A DNA stretch of 64,000 nt from Vulcanimicrobiota bacterium (GTDB lineage Bacteria; Vulcanimicrobiota; Vulcanimicrobiia; Vulcanimicrobiales; Vulcanimicrobiaceae). The stretch is taken from positions 317,180 to 381,179 of the forward strand of contig CAWGMX010000003.1 of the NCBI GenBank assembly GCA_963823795.1, given 5' to 3'. This document shows positions 19,955 through 29,343 of this stretch, piece by piece. Both the position numbers and the translations under genes were made by a program. Position 1 is the stretch's first letter. Each line of letters begins with the position of its first letter. Below the pieces are notes generated by a model, which searched no databases, was not told the DNA's origin, and saw nothing but the letters and a program-made list of their open reading frames with translations.

Positions 19955-20202
19955 CTACTATCTTTAAAATCGACCCAGCGAATGGAAACGAAACGACCCT
20001 CTATAACTTTGGGACGATCTTTCGTTACACGCCCGCAACGAATGAGTTCGACGAGCTGTACGCCTTCGGCGGCAAACCCGACAGTGCGTACCCTCGCGGC
20101 GGCTTAGTCTTTTCTCAACGTCGACAGGCAAGATCAATTCTTCGGCACCACGTACGACGGCGGTAGAGAAGGCCTCGGAACCATCTTCAGCATGACTCCG
20201 TA
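19955..20202 (+). pseudogene. Remnant of a Gloeo_Verruco (GloVer)-type repeat protein
   Basis: My translation gives IFKIDPANGNETTLYNFGTIFRYTPATNEFDELYAFGGKPDSAYPRGGLV. After a frame change it gives FFGTTYDGGREGLGTIFSMTP*. Both match the repeat unit of the intact gene at 29344-30714. No start codon or signal peptide. Confidence 0.35.
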
Positions 20203-20276
20203 GAGACGCCGGGCGCATACGTTAGGGAGTAAAGCGCCTCAGGTAAGCCGAAAAATAGTGCTGGGAGGTAGCTCGC

Positions 20277-21314
20277 ATGTCTGGCTCGCGTAGGTGGCCC
20301 CTTTTATGGATCGTCCTAAGCTTGCTGTGCGCTGGATGCGGCGGGAGCGCCGTAACCGTCCCGTTGCAGCCGAGTTCTCCGACGCCCCCGACGGTGCTCG
20401 CCCGCGGCACCGTTGCCGTGGTCGACCACACCTCCACACACACGCGGATCTTGATCTTTCCCCCGCACAGCGACAAGTTCGCTCGAGAAATCTCGCTCGG
20501 CAGTGGTCGCCTCGTTGCCAACTCGCTGGCGTTTGATCGGCGGGGACATCTGTATGTCGGACTCGACAATCCATCCGGAAACGGCAAATACGAAGTTCTC
20601 GAGGTGAACGCTCAGAGTGGCAAGCTCATACGCGAAATTACCGACCTCCCGTCCTGGTCGCACAGCTCCGTCGCAACCGATGACGAAAACGTGCTTTACG
20701 TCAACACGAAGGCGTTTGCCGGCGGCGACGTCAAGCTTTACCGGCCAGGGGATACGAAGCCGTGGCGCGAGATCAAGGATCCGCATAGCCCGCTGACCAT
20801 GCTCGTCGCCCGCGATTCGCTCTGGGTTGGATACGAAGGAGTGTTCGCCGATGCGTTGGCGAGATACCGGCTCCGCTCCACCGAGCGGACCTGGTTCCAG
20901 CGCGTCGCCAATTATTTGCCGCTCGCGCTCGCGGTGAATCCACAAGCCTCGTTGATCGCGGCGAAGTCGCGGCGGAATTCAAACATCACCGTTCATGTGA
21001 CCGACGTCAGTTCCGGCAAGCGCGCGCAGCTTTACGGGGGCAGCACTCAAGCAATGGCAAGCGACGACTCGGGACACCTCTATATCGCGGAACTGCGCGG
21101 CAGAATTCATCCTTGTACTTTCCGCGATTGTTCCCAATATTTCGACACGAACGCTACGAATTTGGCGCTCGCCGTAAGCCCGCTCGATGGAATGCTCTAC
21201 GTCGCTTGCATCGGCAAATCGAGCATACAGGTTTATAATCCTCGCACCCGCAGCCTAGTGATGTACATTCCGATCCCTGGCGGCTCGCCGAGCCATATCG
21301 CAATCGAGCCGTAA
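20277..21314 (+). CDS. Lipoprotein, probable beta-propeller fold, unknown function
   Basis: 345 aa with lipobox LLCAGC and recurring ...LYV/LYI... strand motifs. Confidence 0.55.
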   Translation: MSGSRRWPLLWIVLSLLCAGCGGSAVTVPLQPSSPTPPTVLARGTVAVVDHTSTHTRILIFPPHSDKFAREISLGSGRLVANSLAFDRRGHLYVGLDNPSGNGKYEVLEVNAQSGKLIREITDLPSWSHSSVATDDENVLYVNTKAFAGGDVKLYRPGDTKPWREIKDPHSPLTMLVARDSLWVGYEGVFADALARYRLRSTERTWFQRVANYLPLALAVNPQASLIAAKSRRNSNITVHVTDVSSGKRAQLYGGSTQAMASDDSGHLYIAELRGRIHPCTFRDCSQYFDTNATNLALAVSPLDGMLYVACIGKSSIQVYNPRTRSLVMYIPIPGGSPSHIAIEP

Positions 21315-21320
21315 GCCTTC

Positions 21321-21502
21321 ACGCCTTTAAAATAAGGACAATACTTTTTGGGATGGCCGGGAGTCGAACCCAAGTTCGGGGATTCCAGGCGATACCGTCC
21401 GTTACCGAAAAGTGTTTTCTGTCAGGCTTTTCCGCCGCACCGGTTCCCCGATCGCCCCGCCCAATCCCGACCGTTTCCGCCGCGTCGGTGACAAAATGTG
21501 AC
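21321..21502 (-). repeat. att-like repeat A (core plus ~135-bp arm)
   Basis: Core 21324-21371 is CCTTTAAAATAAGGACAATACTTTTTGGGATGGCCGGGAGTCGAACCC. Its reverse complement contains GGGTTCGACTCCCGGCCATCCCA. The arm ends in GTGACAAAATGTGAC (21488-21502). Homologous to repeats B and C. Confidence 0.7.
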
Positions 21503-21616
21503 GCGATGCTGCTGCTGTCGAGCGAGCAGGAGTCCGCTTCTGCCTCATGCCGTACGCTCGCCGTGATATTAACCCGCCGGCACCAACAGTTAGGCCACTT
21601 CGCGCGTCTATAGGTC

Positions 21617-22180
21617 GTGGCACTATCGATAGACGCGGCGCTCGTGGAGTCGGCCAGGGTCGAAACTGGCGCTCTGGAGCGGTTGATCGAGACGGTTTGG
21701 CCCGAAGCATACCGTGTCGCCCTGACCATCCTACGCGATCACGGTTTAGCCGAAGACGCAGCTCAGGATGCGTGCGCTACCATTGCGCGATCGCTCAACT
21801 CACTAAAGAACGACAATACGTTTGCGACGTGGACGTACCGGATCGCGGCGAACGCGGCCATTACGATCGGGCGCCATCAACTCCCGGTACAATCCCTCGA
21901 CCCTGTCGCCGCTCGCGGCTGGTCGGTCGATACAGCCGAAGCCGTCGATCTCGATAATGCGCTCGCCGCGCTTCCGATCGTGCAGCGCGCCGCGATCTTA
22001 CTCCACTATTACGCGGGATTGAAAAGCAGGGAAATCGCTGCCGCGACCGGTTTGCCGTCGTCCACGATTCGCTTCCACATCATGCTCGCGAGGCGCGCGC
22101 TGCGCAAAGCACTCGCCGTCGAGGAAGCTGCATCCACTGCATCCACCCTATCCGATGAGGTACTTACGAATGCCCGCTGA
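21617..22180 (+). CDS. ECF-type RNA polymerase sigma-70 factor
   Basis: 187 aa. Region 2 (DAAQDACATIARSL ... FATWTYRIAANAA) and region 4 (LLHYYAGLKSREIAAATGLPSSTIRFHIMLARRAL). Confidence 0.85.
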   Translation: MALSIDAALVESARVETGALERLIETVWPEAYRVALTILRDHGLAEDAAQDACATIARSLNSLKNDNTFATWTYRIAANAAITIGRHQLPVQSLDPVAARGWSVDTAEAVDLDNALAALPIVQRAAILLHYYAGLKSREIAAATGLPSSTIRFHIMLARRALRKALAVEEAASTASTLSDEVLTNAR

Positions 22181-22940
22181 ATCGCGAATCGCCAGGGTCC
22201 TAGAGTCTATGCTGTCGGCTATCGATTCGCCGCCTTCCCCGACGCGTGCAATCTTGGATCGTGCCGCAGCGGCGTTGCCAGCCGAGCCTCGTCGTATCCG
22301 CCCCTACGCACGCTTCGCGCTCGTCGCCGCTGCGACAATTGCACTGGTCTTTGCGATTTTCCCCAAAACGTCGGTCGCGCTGATCGAGCGCATCGTCGTC
22401 GACAGTTACGCGGCGGCATACCGCGTTATAGGTTGGACGCCACCTCCAAATCCGCCGAAGGCTCTCGACAAGGCGGCTGAATCAGAACAGGTTTCATTAG
22501 CCGCGGCACAGACGAGGGTGCCGTTTAGGATCGTACCGCCGGCCGGTTTACCCTCCGACGCCGTCCTCACCGGCATCCATACAATGCCGGTGCTCTCCTA
22601 CGACGAAGCGAAGCACGTATGGTCGAAGGACTCGCCCACGCTAGCGTTCGAGTACCGCCGCGCGGATGGCCGCGCGTTTCAACTCGTCGCCGAAAAAGAC
22701 GATCCCCGCACGGGAGCACCGCCACGCTCCATTTTTGAGGCGGAAGACTTACCGGGCGGCAAGGTCGCATTGACCAGACGCGCGCACTACGCTTGGACGA
22801 ACGGCGATCAGATGATCTCGGTTAACGCCAACGGTATCACGGTGGCGGAGATCAAGGCGATTTGCGCTGCGATGAACGGTCAACCGGTTCATCACAACGC
22901 ACGCGAGACAGTCACCAAGCGATATTCGCTACGATCCTAA
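22170..22940 (+). CDS. Single-pass membrane protein, putative anti-sigma partner
   Basis: ATG at 22170 overlaps the sigma gene stop. One TM helix (FALVAAATIALVFAIF) and an extracytoplasmic domain. The role is inferred from position only. Confidence 0.5.
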   Translation: MPAESRIARVLESMLSAIDSPPSPTRAILDRAAAALPAEPRRIRPYARFALVAAATIALVFAIFPKTSVALIERIVVDSYAAAYRVIGWTPPPNPPKALDKAAESEQVSLAAAQTRVPFRIVPPAGLPSDAVLTGIHTMPVLSYDEAKHVWSKDSPTLAFEYRRADGRAFQLVAEKDDPRTGAPPRSIFEAEDLPGGKVALTRRAHYAWTNGDQMISVNANGITVAEIKAICAAMNGQPVHHNARETVTKRYSLRS

Positions 22941-23358
22941 GAGATGAGCGACCGCCCCCGATTTCGGTGCGCGCCGTTTCATCGCGTCCTAGCTTGCCGT
23001 CGAAACCGGACTGATCCAGCCACTCCTCGGTGTTTCCCGTCCAAGGCTTCAAGTACGAAACGTGCCACAGCCCTTGGTCGTCGACCTGAGTTTGAACCCA
23101 ACGATTGTTTCTCGCGTCGTACACGAAGGACTTGCTGATCGAATATTGGTTGGTCTGACCTTGCACCTGGGCGGCATCCCATTCACGCATGCTTTCTGAG
23201 TCGATCACAAACGCCACCTTGATCTTGTATAGCGTTGGATCCTTGACTGGCCCCGCCGGGCACGCCCAGGTCCCGACGAAGTACTGCTCCGCGACCATTC
23301 CGTTCGGCCCCTTGGCCTCAGCCGTGCCCGCGTCTGAAAGCGGTGAGCGGCTCGCCAT
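22912..23358 (-). CDS. Hypothetical protein
   Basis: 148-aa ORF with protein-like composition. No recognisable motif, and it overlaps the convergent gene end by 29 nt. Confidence 0.35.
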   Translation of the reverse strand: MASRSPLSDAGTAEAKGPNGMVAEQYFVGTWACPAGPVKDPTLYKIKVAFVIDSESMREWDAAQVQGQTNQYSISKSFVYDARNNRWVQTQVDDQGLWHVSYLKPWTGNTEEWLDQSGFDGKLGRDETARTEIGGGRSSLRIVANIAW

Positions 23359-23454
23359 TTACAACGACCGGCGGGGCGGGTGGCGTCATCGCGCCGGTCC
23401 GAGGCTCGCCGATTGCGACGGGCCGAGCGCCCTTAGGTGTGGCCGTTAAGGCTC

Positions 23455-24615
23455 CTAGAGCGGCGGCGGTACGCACGCGCCGTTGACAACGCGACACGTG
23501 GCAATGGCCATCGGATATTGGCCCGTTCCGAATGGCGATCCGTGGACCGCCGTCAACGCGCCGGTGTTCAGTGTGATTTTATAACCCGAAACGCTCCATG
23601 AGGTCTCGTTGACCGCGTAGACCACCTTGCCCGCCGGGTCGATCGCGATGGCGTGAGGCCCGGTGCCGGCTGTAAACGGAGAACCCGGTATCGCCCTTAG
23701 CGGACCGGAGGTTGTAATGTCATAGCCCGAAACCTCGTTGGCGCTGAAGTTCCCTACGTACGCGAATGAGCCGTTGGGAGTGATGGCGACGCCGTACGGG
23801 CCGGTGGCCGTTGCAAATGGGGACTTTGAGAGCGCGGTCAGCGCGCCGGTGGCGGCATTGACGGAATAGCCGGATATATTGTTGGAGCTGAAGTTAGTAA
23901 CGAAGGTGAACTTGCCGTTGGGAGCGATTGCTAAACCATTAGGGCCGGTGCCTGCCGCAAACGGCGATCCCGTTACCTGCGACAGCGCGCCGCTCCCGTT
24001 GTAGGAATACCCCGAAACGTTGTTCGTGCTCGAGTTGGCAGCATAAACGAACTTCGCTTTGGGATCGACCGCGATGGCGTCAGGGTACGTGCCGGCGGAA
24101 AACGGCGATCCAGAAACCGCGGTCAGCGCGCCGGTCGAGCCGTTGATGGTGTAGGCGGAAATATTGTTGGAGTTGCCGTTGGTCACGTACGCAAACCGGC
24201 CGTGACTGTCGATCGCTACGGCGTTGGGTCCGGTTCCCGTAGAATACGGCGATCCACTTATTTGCGTGAGCGCGCCGGTGCTCGCGTTGATGCTATAGAC
24301 CGAGACTTCGTTTGAGCCATTGTCGGCCACGTAGGCGAAGCCGCCCAGAGGGTCGATCGCAATGCCTTCGGGACCGGTGCCGGCCGAAAACGGCGATCCC
24401 GTTATCTGCGAAAGCGAGCCGCTCGAGATCTGGTAGGCGGAAATGGTATTGGAAACGCTGTTGGGCACATACACAAACTCGACGCTGACATCGGGCCGAA
24501 CGTCAGGTGCCACCCGCGGTGGCGTTCCCGCGCCGCCTGAGGACGAGCACGCGGTAACGAGTACGGCGACCGCAAGCGCGGGAACGGTTCGGAAAGCGCG
24601 GCGAATGACTCGCAT
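23455..24615 (-). CDS. Lipoprotein, lactonase-type 7-bladed beta-propeller family
   Basis: 386 aa with lipobox VTACS. Seven or more repeats of ...G.GP.(A/G)IA(I/V)DP.G.F.YV.N..SN.(V/I)S.Y.I... Confidence 0.75.
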   Translation of the reverse strand: MRVIRRAFRTVPALAVAVLVTACSSSGGAGTPPRVAPDVRPDVSVEFVYVPNSVSNTISAYQISSGSLSQITGSPFSAGTGPEGIAIDPLGGFAYVADNGSNEVSVYSINASTGALTQISGSPYSTGTGPNAVAIDSHGRFAYVTNGNSNNISAYTINGSTGALTAVSGSPFSAGTYPDAIAVDPKAKFVYAANSSTNNVSGYSYNGSGALSQVTGSPFAAGTGPNGLAIAPNGKFTFVTNFSSNNISGYSVNAATGALTALSKSPFATATGPYGVAITPNGSFAYVGNFSANEVSGYDITTSGPLRAIPGSPFTAGTGPHAIAIDPAGKVVYAVNETSWSVSGYKITLNTGALTAVHGSPFGTGQYPMAIATCRVVNGACVPPPL

Positions 24616-25026
24616 CTCCAGCCTCCTTGAGGAGCAACTAAGCAGCCTACGAGGTTCGAGTCGGCTCGCCCTGCAGCCTGTAGGTGGCGTTCGTCACGCA
24701 TGCCGGGAGCGGGGGCGCCGAGGCGTAGTCCCGACATTGCGATCGCCGACTTTCTACCATGGAGAGGTTACGGTTCGGCACGCTGACCTCGCAGATCTCC
24801 AGCGACGAAAAGCAGCTCCGGAGCGCCACGCTCATGCCAAGGCAGCGCCAGCAGATCGACGCCGACCTGCTCAAGACTGAGAACGCCTTATCGTAGCTCA
24901 CGGGGTACTTGCCGAAGCGGAAGCTCAGGTAACGCAAGCCCAGGTCGAGAGCGCCGGCGCAATGGCGAAGTGCGCGCTCAAGGCCGACGAAAAACGAGGA
25001 CCTAAAACCGACCTAGAGTGGCGAAC

Positions 25027-25210
25027 AGCCTTGTAAAATAAGGACACTACTTTTGGGATGGCCGGGAGTCGAACCCAAGCTCGGGGATTCCAGCCGATCC
25101 CGTCCGTTACCGAAAAGTGTTAATTCTGTCAGGGTATTCCGCCGCACTGCTTCCCCGACCGTCCCTTCCGGTACCGACCGCTTCCGACCCGTCCGTGACA
25201 AAATGTGACA
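25027..25210 (-). repeat. att-like repeat B (core plus arm)
   Basis: Core 25029-25076. The arm is nearly identical to repeat C (AAGCTCGGGGATTCCAGCCGATCCCGTCCGTTACCGAA...CGTCCGTGACAAAATGTGACA). Confidence 0.7.
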
Positions 25211-25221
25211 GGCTTTTTCAC

Positions 25222-28040
25222 TCACCGCCCTTGCGATTCGCTTTCGTCAAGCGCGAGTGCGATCGCAGCCTCTGGTGTGAGTGCGGCGCCCTCTGCGCTC
25301 AGTCGTGCGAGTTCGTCGGGCGCGAGTTCCTCGCGCAGGAGCGCGTTCAGGCGGTCATGCGTCGTCGTCTCGGTGAACTCGCGCGGGTATCCGTGCCGCT
25401 GTAACGCGGCGTCGGCGTAGCCTTCGAGTGAGGCCGCGCGCGCAAGTTCGCCGCGCAGCGCGAAGACTAGCGCCAGATGTTCGATCGCAATCGCGACTTG
25501 GGCATGGTCCGGCTCGCGCGCGGCACGGATTCCGATCGCCTCGCGAGCCGCCGCCGCTGCGCCAGGAAAATCGTCGACAGCGACAAGATAGCCTGCGAGG
25601 TTGTGGAGCAGATTGCCGAGCAAGGTCTTATCTGCACCAGACCGTGCCGCCGGAAGCGTCTCGCGAACGATCGCAATCGCTCGTTGCGTCTGACCTCGCG
25701 CGTGTTCGATCTCCGCGAGGTTGAGTGCCGCAATCTGCTCGCCGCGGGCGTTTCCGAGCGAGCGGCCACTCTTTTCGGAACTGCTCGTACATGCGTGCCG
25801 CCGTCTCGGGATCGCCGCGAAGATTGGCTTAAAAGCGCACGCCTTCTCGAGCAACTGAATGCGAAGGTAAGCCGAAGTTCGCCGGGATCGCCTCGACTTC
25901 CGTTAACGCCCTCTCCGCATCGTCAAGCCGATTGAGGAATGTCGCTGGAGACGCATACCGGCACAGCGCCCTGGCCAGCAACGGCGTCGTCGCCGCTTGC
26001 CCGCGCATGCTCGACCGCCTGCCGTCGCCAGCTCGAATGCGCGCACCTTGTGACCAGGAGCGGCGAGCAAGTCCGACAACGCGGTTGACAGCCGAGCGCG
26101 CAGCCGCGACTGGCCCGCCGGAAGCGCCGCGAGGTACGCCTCGCACCGTGCCATGCCTTCCGCCTCGAGTCCGATGATCTTGCCAACTCGCGTCAATGTT
26201 GGCGAGCAACTCGCCGCCGTCGATGACTTCCGAACGCGACCAACGCACCGTCGAGCGCCGACACGCACGTCCTCCAGTTCGGTCTGCAGCGCCGCAGTCA
26301 AGATCGGCAATTCGCGCCGTCCGCTCGCGCCGTTCCCACAGCTCCGCAAAGCGGTCGCGCAGATAGCGCAGATGGCGGCCCGCAGCCGAGATCGCGCTCG
26401 CCCGCATCGTCGAGCTTCTCCAACGCATAGGCGCGCGTCGATTCGAGCAGCCGGTAGCGCACTGCGTCGCCTTGCGGTTCGGCGAGCACTAGCGACTTAT
26501 CGACCAGCGAGGCCAGCACGTCGAAGACGTCGAGTTCGTCGAGATCTATCAGCGCTCCCGACCGCGACGGCTCCCTCAAGCGCGAATCCGTTGACGAAGA
26601 TCCCCAGCCGCCGGAAGAGCACCCGCTCGCGCTCGTCGAGCAGGTCGTAACTCCAATCGATCAGCGCGCGCAGCGTCTGATGGCGCGGCAGCGCGTCGCG
26701 GCTCGCCGCCGGTGAGCACGCGGAAGCGCTCGTCGAGGCGTTCGCGCAGCTGTTTTGGGCTGAGCATCTTCACCCGCGCGGCCGCCAGTTCGATCGCCAG
26801 CGGAATGCCGTCGAGCCGCCGGCAGATGTCGGCGACGACCGGCGCATTCTCGTCGGTCAGGGAAAACGAATCGCTCGCGGCGCGCGCGCGTTCGACGAAG
26901 AGCGCGACGGACTCAAATCGCAGCAGGTCGATCGCGGTCAGGTGCGTTGCTTCATCTTTGCCCGGAAGACGAGGGACGGCACCCGGTACGTCGCTTCGCC
27001 GGCGATTCCCAGCCCTTGGCGGCTCGAGGCGAGCACCTTGACCTTCGGAGCAACCGTGCAGGATTGCCGAGATCACGCGCGCCGCGGGCTCGACCAGATG
27101 CTCGCAGTTGTCGAACACGAGCAAGATATGCTTTCCCTTGAGCGCGCGAACGAGGTTCTCTACCGGATCGCCCTCGGTCGCGAGCGTGAGCCCGAGCGCC
27201 TGCGCGACGGTCGATGGAATGTAGTCGCCGCTGGTCAGCGGCGCGAGTTCGATGAACCACACGCCGTCGCCGAAGCCGTCGAGCAGATTGGCCGCGACTT
27301 GCAAGGAGAGCGCGCGTCTTGCCGACGCCGCCCGAGCCGACCAGGGTGACAAGCGGTGCTCTTCTCGATGAGCGCAGCGATCTCGCGCCGACCTCCGCCT
27401 CGCGACCGACGAAGGAGGTGAGCTGGGCGCGGCAAGTTGTTCGGAAGGAGGTCGAGCGAACGCAGCGGCGGAAAGTCCGCGGCGAGATCGGGCGCGAGCA
27501 GTTGATAGACTGCTCGGGCCGCGCAAGATCTTTGAGCCGATGCGCGCCCAGATCGCGCAGGCTGCACTGCGGCGGCAGCGCCACCCTGGACCAGCTCGGT
27601 CAGTGACACCCGAGACGAGCACCTGGCCGCCGTGGCCGATCGCCAGCAGGCGCGCGACGCGATTGACCGTTGGTCCGAAGTAGTCGCCGTCGCGCTCGTC
27701 GGCACTTCCCGCGTGAACGCCATGCGAACACGCAATCCGTCGACCGCCGAGAAATCTGTCTGCCGCAAGTGCGCGCTGTGCGTCGAGAGTCGCGGCGACT
27801 GCATCGCCGGAGCCGTCGCGAAGGCCGCGCAGAACGCGTCGCCGATCGTCTTAAAGACGATCGCCGCGTGCTTCCGATCGCCGCGTGCATCAGCGCATCG
27901 TGGCGGCGTAGCGCCCGCTGCATCGCCTCGCGGTCGCGTTCCCAGCGTGCGGTGCTGCCTTCGATATCCGAAAACAGAAACGTGACCGTGCCGGTAGGGC
28001 GAGCCGAGGCCGGCGGCCCTGGTTTCACACGAGTCGCCAT
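25222..28040 (-). pseudogene. Class III adenylate/guanylate cyclase - P-loop STAND NTPase - TPR protein, heavily frameshifted
   Basis: Starts MATRVKPG...GTVTFLFSDIEGSTARWERDREAMQRALRRHDALMHAAI. Recognisable pieces continue in alternating frames: VFKTIGDAFCAAF, DFSAVDGLRVRMAF, ERDGDYFGPTVNRVARLLAIGHGGQVLVSGVT, LRDLGAHRLKDLARPEQ and LTSFVGREAEV. Further pieces are LVTLVGSGGVGKTR (Walker A), ILLVFDNCEHL (Walker B), LDGIPLAIELAAARV and a TPR-like C-terminus in ORF 25222-25854. Confidence 0.8.
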
Positions 28041-28080
28041 GGACCCGCGTTTCGTGCTAGAGGTGTTCCCCTCCGCCAAG

Positions 28081-28270
28081 CGGCGGAAACGCCTGTAAAA
28101 TAAGGCCGGTTTTCGTGGGATGGCCGGGAGTCGAACCCAAGCTCGGGGATTCCAGCCGATCCCGTCCGTTACCGAATGGTGTTATCCTGTCAGCTTTTTC
28201 GCCGCACTGGTTCCCCGATCGTCCCGCCCGGTCCCGACCGCTTCCGACCCGTCCGTGACAAAATGTGACA
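28081..28270 (-). repeat. att-like repeat C (core plus arm)
   Basis: Core 28092-28138. The arm ends in GTGACAAAATGTGACA at 28255-28270. Confidence 0.7.
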
Positions 28271-28301
28271 GAACCAGTACTTGAGCGACTGCCTGCCACA
28301 C

Positions 28302-28621
28302 CTCAGACCTCGATTCTCAAACGGCAAATCCGCAGGACCCAGAGGTCTTGAAATGCACACCGCTCATCTCGATAAGACTCGCCAAATAACTGTGAGGGTG
28401 GGTTGCTTTTGAAGGCTGCTGCGAACTCCTTGGCCGTTTGCTCCCCGAGGGCCGAGTGCGGCCACCGCTCCTATCTTGAACACAATAGATATCGATCGAC
28501 GCGATTCCCACGCGGTGGGCCTGCCCGCGGCGGCGTGTCCGAACTCGTGGCCTAGAACCTCTCGGAGCGGACAACGATCCAACGTTCGCGTGGAAGCGTC
28601 GGGCAGCCAAGGAAAACTCAT
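28302..28621 (-). pseudogene. ImmA/IrrE-family metallopeptidase remnant (frameshifted)
   Basis: One frame has REVLGHEFGHAAAG (HExxH). About 35 codons later another frame has GEQTAKEFAAAFKSNP, matching the E..A..FA..L.P signature that follows HExxH in this family. No intact ORF. Confidence 0.4.
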
Positions 28622-28679
28622 GCGATTTACTTAGCGCACTGGTAGGCTTAGCCCGGGGGGTCAACTCGAGCCAGGCCTG

Positions 28680-29276
28680 CTAAGGGTCCCGGAACTTTCG
28701 ATTGATTATGAGCGCCTGATCCGGTGAGACAGCCGCACCTACGGGCTCGTACATGAAGTAGCACGAAAAGGTTGACGTGGGCGAACCGCCCGCTGGATAA
28801 TTGTAAATTGACACATCGTGATTATAAGCGTCTGGAGCGACGAGCTCTCCCGCGCGGGCTTCGGACTTCTTTTGTACCAGCCAGAACTGAACGACATCGC
28901 GGGCCCGGTCAAGGCGCGTTGTGCCTTCGAGCACGGCATGCTTGTCCTTGATGGCGAACTGATAGACTTTGCTCACGTCCTGGTCGCCGACGGCAAGATA
29001 CCGACCGTGCCACTCAACGCCACCTGGAAAATAGATCGATTGCGTCAGTGTGATTTCCGAAAAGGTGCTGCTGCCTTTTGGCAATTCCGCAAGGCCAAAG
29101 CCCTTTCTTGTGAAGCCGTCGACGAAGAGGTTTCCCCGGTCATCGTAGCTGCAGAATAGCGCGCGTTTGAGAACGGCATCGGTGTATTGTATAGGCGTGC
29201 CCGATGCGTTGGCGTAGATCGCAACGCTCCCCGCGCCATAGCCAGTATTTCCCATATTCGTGACTGGAGCTAACAT
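28680..29276 (-). CDS. Hypothetical protein (beta-propeller-like, no signal peptide)
   Basis: 198-aa ORF with protein-like composition, 65 nt downstream of the GloVer gene on the same strand. Confidence 0.5.
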   Translation of the reverse strand: MLAPVTNMGNTGYGAGSVAIYANASGTPIQYTDAVLKRALFCSYDDRGNLFVDGFTRKGFGLAELPKGSSTFSEITLTQSIYFPGGVEWHGRYLAVGDQDVSKVYQFAIKDKHAVLEGTTRLDRARDVVQFWLVQKKSEARAGELVAPDAYNHDVSIYNYPAGGSPTSTFSCYFMYEPVGAAVSPDQALIINRKFRDP

Positions 29277-29343
29277 GACAAAACCCGCGTGCCAGCGCGC
29301 GCTCGAACAGGCGAGTCAACATTCCTTATTCTATGAGAGTGCG

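Noticed and set aside
24759-24896. 45-aa ORF MERLRFGTLTSQISSDEKQLRSATLMPRQRQQIDADLLKTENALS between the propeller gene and repeat B.
   Set aside because: No convincing RBS, no recognisable motif and very short. It may be a remnant of decayed element DNA, and the evidence is not sufficient to call a gene.
21324-28270. att-like repeats A-C as complete tRNA genes or tRNA pseudogenes.
   Set aside because: Only the T-loop and acceptor 3' strand are tRNA-like. The upstream GGGATCG could pair with the 3' strand, but just 16 nt separate it from the T-arm. There is no D-arm or anticodon arm, so no cloverleaf is possible.
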